Program-made: the position numbers and the translations under genes | Source: Gemmatimonadaceae bacterium | GTDB taxonomy: Bacteria; Gemmatimonadota; Gemmatimonadetes; Gemmatimonadales; Gemmatimonadaceae | NCBI GenBank assembly: GCA_033763905.1 | Contig: JANRJP010000040.1 | Coordinates: 1 to 21,403 of the forward strand | Length of the DNA stretch: 21,403 bases | Direction of reading: 5' to 3' | Notes under the pieces: model-generated | What the model saw: the letters and a program-made list of their open reading frames with translations, nothing else | Told to the model about the DNA's origin: nothing | The model's database searches: none | Shown: one piece after another, positions 16,691 to 21,403 of the stretch | Layout of the letters: each line of letters starts with the position of its first letter | Position numbering within the stretch: the stretch's first letter is position 1

Positions 16691-17377
16691 TCATTTCCGC
16701 GTCCTCAGCGGCAAGGGGCGCCAGCCGTCGCCGCGGCTCGCGTGCGGATGTCCGCGGACAGCGAAGCGCAGCGGCCAATCCACCGCGACGCTGATCCCCA
16801 CGCGCGGCGTCACCAGAATGTCCGCGTCGGCGACGGCCGCGCCGCGCCGAATCGTCAGTGGGCCGCGTGTCCAGCGACCGCCGCTATCGTCTCCACTCAG
16901 GCCCAGCGCTGTGCTAAGCTTGCCCGGGCCACTGCCCACGGCGCGCGGATCGCGCGTGCCGCGGCGCGCCTGCATCTCGTCGAGGCCCGTGAGCGGCTCG
17001 ATCGCGCGCAAGAGGACGGCACTGCCGTGCCGGCGCGGGGCCGTCACCGCATTCGCGCACCAATGCACGCCGTAGCTCCGGTAGATGTAGATCGTGCCGG
17101 GCGTGCCGAAGAGATCGCGCGTGCGTGGCGTTTCCCCGCGAAACGCGTGGCTGGCCGGATCATCGCGTCCCGCATACGCCTCCGTTTCGACGATGCGACC
17201 GGCGAGCAATTCACCCGCGCGCTCCACCACGAGAACGGCCCCGAGCAGTTCGCGCGCGACGACCGCCACGTCGCGATCGTAGAACGCCGTCGGTAGCGCC
17301 GCCCCCCACAACGACGCACGCCGCCGCCCCGAAGGGACAGCGGCGTTTGTCGGCGCGGGACGCGGCACGCCGCTCAC
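16691..17377 (-). CDS. mpg: 3-methyladenine DNA glycosylase (MPG/AAG family)
   Basis: VARELLG, GRIVETEAY.G.DDPASH, YIYRSYGVHWCANAV, AVLLRAIEP, SGPGKL..ALG, TPRVGIS....PLRF; GTG overlaps the upstream stop (GTGA). Confidence 0.95.
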   Translation of the reverse strand: MSGVPRPAPTNAAVPSGRRRASLWGAALPTAFYDRDVAVVARELLGAVLVVERAGELLAGRIVETEAYAGRDDPASHAFRGETPRTRDLFGTPGTIYIYRSYGVHWCANAVTAPRRHGSAVLLRAIEPLTGLDEMQARRGTRDPRAVGSGPGKLSTALGLSGDDSGGRWTRGPLTIRRGAAVADADILVTPRVGISVAVDWPLRFAVRGHPHASRGDGWRPLPLRTRK

Positions 17378-19047
17378 TCGGCGGCGGCCTTCTTCGCCTT
17401 GGGCTTCGCGACCTTCTTCTCGGCCGCAGGCTTCGCCGACTTCGCGGCGGCCTTCGGCTTGGCCGGGGCCTTCTCGGCCTTCGGCGCGGCCTTCTTGCCC
17501 TTGGCGGGCTTCGCCGCCGGCGCGGGCGCGTCGACTGGCGCACCCGCCACCACCGGCGCAGCAACCGCCACCGGCGCGGCATCTTCGACGACGCCGATCA
17601 TCAGCAGATCCGGCGGCGGGGCGCCCTTCTTGCCCTTCGCCGGGATGCCACGGGGGCCGAGACCACGCGGTGCCGTGCTGGCCGGCGCGGGGGCGGGCGC
17701 GTTGGCCTTCGCGGCGGCCGTCAGCTGATCGGCCACGGTCGATTCGGCGATGCGCGCCACTTCGAACGAGTCTCCACGACGACGCAGGTCGAGATTGCCC
17801 GCCGTGTGCGCGTCCTTGAGGATGCGATCGAAGAACCGCAACGCGAGCGACTCGCTGTCGCGACCGAGCAGTTCACGTGCCTTCTTGCGCACCGCCTCGC
17901 TCGGCACCGCGTCGTCACCCGACACGAGCGCTTCGACGGCGCGACGGACGAGATCCAGCGCTTCGTCGCGCGTCAGACGCTCGCCGTCCATTCCGATGTC
18001 ATCGGACGGCACCGCCGCCGGCCGGGGCGCCGCCGACACGGCCGCCGCGTCTGCGATCACCGCCTCGACGCCGTCCACCGCCTCACCGTCGGCACGCGGC
18101 CCGCGGTCGCGATCACGGCCACGCCCGCGGCCACGACGACCACGGCCGCGACGCCCTTCGCGCTCCTCGCGCTCCGGACGATCACCACGCTCCTCACGCG
18201 GTTCGGCGGCGCCGTCGACCGCCGCGCCGGCCGGCACGCTGACTTCGAGCTGGCCATTCTCGAGCTTGGTCAGCGTGACCAGGCCCTTGCTCGCCGCTTC
18301 GGTGACGAAGCGCGAGAACTTGCTGTAGCCCAGATCCTTCTCGTCGAACGACGGATCGAGCTCCTGCATCACCTGCTTCAGGCGATCGGAGCGCATCACA
18401 TCGCCCTGACGCTTCATCTTGGCGATGGCTTCCGACACCAGCTCCCACGGGTCGCGGGCAACCGGCACTTCGTCGGTCGACTTCGCCAGACCCGCGAGCG
18501 CGTTGTAGCTGTAGTACTCGTCGCAATTCTGGACGAGCAGGTCGCTCGCGCTTTCGCGAATGCCGACGCCGATGACGTACTTGCCGTACTCCTTGAGCTT
18601 CACGACCAGCGACGAGAAGTCGCTGTCACCCGACAGCAGGATGAACGTGCCGATCTCGGGGCGCGTGAAGATCAGTTCCATCGCGTCGATCGCCAACCGG
18701 ATATCGGTCGCGTTCTTCTTGGCGCTGCCGTAGGCCGGCGCCATGATCATATCGATCGACGACTCCGCGAGCGGCACCACGTACTGCGGATACCGGCGCC
18801 AGTCGGCGTAGGCGCGCTGCACCGACACCTTCCCCTTGATGATGTCGGAGCCGAGCAGGTTGCGGAGCTCCTTGCCCAGATCCTTCTGGATCCCGAGGGT
18901 GACGTTGTCGAAGTCGATCAGGAGCGCGGCGTTCGGGCCGGCGGCCGACTGGAGGGCGAACGGCTGTGCGTGCGCCTGTGGCCCGCGGTGCACGGGCTGA
19001 GGGGTGGGCCGCGCTGCTGCAGCGGGCCGCAGATTCCGAGTGTTCAT
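17374..19047 (-). CDS. NYN (LabA/DUF88, PIN-like) nuclease with OST-HTH/LOTUS domain(s), RG-rich linker and Lys/Ala/Pro-rich tail
   Basis: LLIDFDN, RAYADW, KNATDIRLAIDAM, LLSGDSDF, NCDEY; LOTUS DPSFDEKDLGYSKFSRFV; AGAAGAAGGA Shine-Dalgarno before the ATG at 19047. Confidence 0.92.
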   Translation of the reverse strand: MNTRNLRPAAAARPTPQPVHRGPQAHAQPFALQSAAGPNAALLIDFDNVTLGIQKDLGKELRNLLGSDIIKGKVSVQRAYADWRRYPQYVVPLAESSIDMIMAPAYGSAKKNATDIRLAIDAMELIFTRPEIGTFILLSGDSDFSSLVVKLKEYGKYVIGVGIRESASDLLVQNCDEYYSYNALAGLAKSTDEVPVARDPWELVSEAIAKMKRQGDVMRSDRLKQVMQELDPSFDEKDLGYSKFSRFVTEAASKGLVTLTKLENGQLEVSVPAGAAVDGAAEPREERGDRPEREEREGRRGRGRRGRGRGRDRDRGPRADGEAVDGVEAVIADAAAVSAAPRPAAVPSDDIGMDGERLTRDEALDLVRRAVEALVSGDDAVPSEAVRKKARELLGRDSESLALRFFDRILKDAHTAGNLDLRRRGDSFEVARIAESTVADQLTAAAKANAPAPAPASTAPRGLGPRGIPAKGKKGAPPPDLLMIGVVEDAAPVAVAAPVVAGAPVDAPAPAAKPAKGKKAAPKAEKAPAKPKAAAKSAKPAAEKKVAKPKAKKAAAE

Positions 19048-19175
19048 CGGTCCTTCTTCTGGTGTACAGTCGCCGTGGATGCTGCCCGGCGATGCCGTCA
19101 TAGACCGGCGAGGCGCAGACGATGGCCGCGCTGCCGATCACGACGCCACCGCGCACGAGGCGCAGGCGACCGGGG

Positions 19176-19213
19176 CACGGTGACCGTTCGCAATGAACAG
19201 CCGTTTACCGTGC
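19176..19213 (-). other. Bulged RNA stem-loop in the predicted 5' leader of the NYN gene
   Basis: Minus strand GCACGGU-aaac-GGCUGUUC-auugc-GAACGGUC-ACCGUGC: 7 bp, 4-nt bulge, 8 bp; a TAGATT -10-like hexamer lies at 19229-19224. Confidence 0.5.
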
Positions 19214-19313
19214 TCGGACCGGAAATCTATGCACCACTTGGGCTTAAAGCCATTGCCCCCCTCGCTTGCGGGTGCAACTTGGCGTAGTGTGAAACTGACA
19301 CGCCCCGCCCGCG

Positions 19314-19319
19314 TACACT
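19314..19319 (+). promoter_or_regulatory. -10 element TACACT of a probable leaderless transcript
   Basis: TANNNT hexamer 5 nt before the in-frame GTG at 19325; no Shine-Dalgarno. Confidence 0.5.
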
Positions 19320-19324
19320 CTTCC

Positions 19325-20542
19325 GTGCCCCCTCGCCCGTTCCGTGCCCGCCTGTTCAGCATTCTGCTGGGCTTCGCGCTGATCCCGACGGTTCTGCTGA
19401 CCGCCGGGCTCGTCGGAAGCACGGGGGCCATCCTGCCGTTGGTCGGTGCCAGCGCCGCCTGGGACTCGGTGGCCTCCACCGGCGACCGCGCCCTGGATGC
19501 CCTCCGGGCAGCCCCACTGACGGACGAGCAGCGCGCGGTCCTCGCGGCGCACGAGCAGGAGCTGTCGGCGAGCGTCACGCAGGCGCGTCGCGTGCGATTC
19601 GTCTCGCAACGCGCCTCGGCCGTGGTGGCAGTGGCCGGACTGCTGCTCTTCGCCGTGCTCGCCTACGTCGCCTCGCGCGTAGCCGGCCACCTGAGCCGAC
19701 AGCTGTCACGCCCCGTGGACGAACTCACCGATTGGACCGAGCGGATCGCGAAGGGCGAGGCCCTGCCGTCGACCGCTGCGGCCCGTGGCGCCCCGGAGTT
19801 CGAGGTACTGCGGACCGGGATGCGTGCGATGGCCAGCGAACTCGAAGTCTCGCGCGCCCGTGCGCTCGATGCCGAACGGTTGCGCGCGATGCGCGAAAGC
19901 GCGCGACAGGTCGCCCACGAACTCAAGAACCCGCTGACGCCGATTCGCTTGGCCCTGTTGCGGGTGGCGAAAGCGGCCCCGCCCGAGGTGCGCGACGCGG
20001 TGGACGTGCTCGAGACCGAAACGCGACGCATCGACACGCTCGCACGGAACTTTGCGCAGTTCGGCCGACTGCCGGAGGGCGCGATGGCGCCGGTCGACAT
20101 CGGTGAGCTGGTGCGCTACACCGCGCGCGCCACCGTGCCCGACGACGTGCAGGTGGTCCTTGAGGTCGCCGACCCCCTGCCGGCGGTCCTCGGCCAATAC
20201 GAGGCGCTCTCCCGCGCCCTGTCGAACGTGTTGCTCAACGCCGTGGACGCCGTCCGAGGCGCAGTCGCCCCGCAGATTACCGTTCACGTGCAGCACGAGC
20301 GGGACAGCGTTCGCATCGCCGTGTCGGACAACGGCAGCGGAATCACCGCCGAGGCCCTGCCCCGCATCTGGGAACCGTATGTGACCACCAAGCCCGCAGG
20401 GACCGGTTTGGGGTTGGCGATCGTCCGCCAGACGGTGGAAGCCCACGCGGGGACGGTCTTCGCGGAATCGCGCCACGGCGGTGGTACGACGATTGGATTT
20501 CTTCTGCCCGGCGTTGCAACTCCGCAGCCGGTCCACCCGTAG
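19325..20542 (+). CDS. NtrY-like sensor histidine kinase (2 TM, HAMP, HisKA, HATPase_c)
   Basis: H-box ARQVAHELKNPLTPIRL, NVLLNAVDA, VSDNGSGI, IWEPYVTTK..GTGLGLAIV; HAMP LSRPVDEL..WTERIAKG. Start placed at GTG 19325. Confidence 0.92.
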   Translation: MPPRPFRARLFSILLGFALIPTVLLTAGLVGSTGAILPLVGASAAWDSVASTGDRALDALRAAPLTDEQRAVLAAHEQELSASVTQARRVRFVSQRASAVVAVAGLLLFAVLAYVASRVAGHLSRQLSRPVDELTDWTERIAKGEALPSTAAARGAPEFEVLRTGMRAMASELEVSRARALDAERLRAMRESARQVAHELKNPLTPIRLALLRVAKAAPPEVRDAVDVLETETRRIDTLARNFAQFGRLPEGAMAPVDIGELVRYTARATVPDDVQVVLEVADPLPAVLGQYEALSRALSNVLLNAVDAVRGAVAPQITVHVQHERDSVRIAVSDNGSGITAEALPRIWEPYVTTKPAGTGLGLAIVRQTVEAHAGTVFAESRHGGGTTIGFLLPGVATPQPVHP

Positions 20543-20550
20543 AGCATCCT

Positions 20551-21261
20551 ATGCGACAGCAGCGAGCAGGGGCCGAGGGCCAGGATTATCGAGTGAAGAT
20601 CGGCACCGACGGCATCAAGGTGACCGAGGTCGGCAAGGCCGGCAACGGCGGACTGAGCGGCAGCGAAGTCGAGGCGCTGCAGGCGCAGGTCGCGACACTG
20701 ACCAGCCGAGTCGATCGACTGAAGGAGGAGCGTACCGAACTCAGCGAACAGCTGAGCAGCGGGGAGTTGAGCGGCCCCGCGATCGGCGCAACGGCCGAGC
20801 GACTCAACTTCTTGACGCAGCAGCTTGGTGCAACGGAAGCGCAGCTGACGCAGGTCGAGGACAAGCTGGCCGCCGCCGGTGTCACGCCCGCCCCTGCGGT
20901 GACCTTCGAAGGCGTGCCCGCCATCCCCTTCGACCCCAACGTGCAGCGCGACATTCCGGAAAACGTATTGGTGGTGACCATCGTCTCGATCATTTTCGTC
21001 GCGATGCCGATGGCCGTGGCGATCGCTCGTTGGATCTGGAAGCGCTCCACCGGCTCCTCCGCGCCGCAAAAGGCGGACCTCGAATCCGCGCAGCGCCTGG
21101 CCCGAATGGAGCAGGCGGTGGATTCGATCGCGCTCGAACTGGAGCGTGTGTCCGAGGGTCAGCGCTTCGTGACGCGCATTCTGAGTGAGAACCGCGCACT
21201 CGGCGCCGGTGCCGCGGAGCCGTTGGCCGTGCCTGCGAGCGAGAAGGTGCAAGCGCGATGA
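20551..21261 (+). CDS. Hypothetical membrane protein (coiled coil, one TM, conserved C-terminal helix)
   Basis: Heptad-like N-terminal half, TM VLVVTIVSIIFVAMPMAVAIARWIW, then RLARMEQAVDSIALELERVSEGQRFVTRIL, which I recall from Gemmatimonadota hypothetical proteins. Alternative start GTG 20593 has AGGA 7 nt upstream. Confidence 0.8.
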   Translation: MRQQRAGAEGQDYRVKIGTDGIKVTEVGKAGNGGLSGSEVEALQAQVATLTSRVDRLKEERTELSEQLSSGELSGPAIGATAERLNFLTQQLGATEAQLTQVEDKLAAAGVTPAPAVTFEGVPAIPFDPNVQRDIPENVLVVTIVSIIFVAMPMAVAIARWIWKRSTGSSAPQKADLESAQRLARMEQAVDSIALELERVSEGQRFVTRILSENRALGAGAAEPLAVPASEKVQAR

Positions 21262-21403
21262 CACAAGAGGGCGGTCCCCAGCCTCCCGCGGCGCCGCCAG
21301 CCGCGCCGCAGGTCACCGTACCCGGCGTCAACGGCGGCGCGCCGGTCGCCGTGGGGCGTGACGTCAATCAGCTGAAGTCGCAACTCGACATCCTGACGAC
21401 GGA
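21258..21403 (+). CDS. Hypothetical protein, 3'-truncated, probable paralogue of the preceding gene
   Basis: ATGA overlap; open to the window end: MTQEGGPQPPAAPPAAPQVTVPGVNGGAPVAVGRDVNQLKSQLDILTT. Confidence 0.65.
   Translation, partial: MTQEGGPQPPAAPPAAPQVTVPGVNGGAPVAVGRDVNQLKSQLDILTT

Noticed and set aside
17374..17530. Repetitive cttc/ggcc-rich tract as a DNA repeat or CRISPR array
   Set aside because: It encodes the Lys/Ala/Pro tail; no constant repeat-spacer period and no cas genes.
17125..19287. 720-aa plus-strand ORF
   Set aside because: Antisense shadow of the NYN and MPG genes.

Overview
A GC-rich (roughly 70%, judged by eye), gene-dense bacterial chromosomal segment, probably from Gemmatimonadota (inferred from protein families, notably the EGQRF-motif membrane protein at the right end). 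I found no rRNA, tRNA, CRISPR array or mobile element. Left to right: a partial DUF6265-like gene; a lipoprotein fusing an SGNH hydrolase to a beta-propeller; a LytTR response regulator/LytS-type kinase pair; a TylF/MycF-like methyltransferase; an M14 zinc carboxypeptidase; a DUF1697 protein; a metzincin lipoprotein protease with a strong terminator; an EamA transporter; an atypical five-gene cbb3-like oxidase operon (CcoS-like/CcoN fusion, CcoO, monohaem cytochrome c, SCO, membrane protein; no CcoP/CcoQ); a minus-strand operon of NYN-LOTUS nuclease, MPG glycosylase and stand-alone HIRAN protein; an orphan NtrY-like kinase; and two tandem coiled-coil hypothetical genes. Best leads: the NYN-LOTUS/MPG/HIRAN operon with a structured leader, the divergent cbb3-like oxidase with active-site substitutions, a shared AlgR-like motif (ACGGnTnGTCCC) in three intergenic regions, and a 9-codon ORF that overlaps both neighbouring genes. 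All family calls come from recognising motifs, not from database searches.
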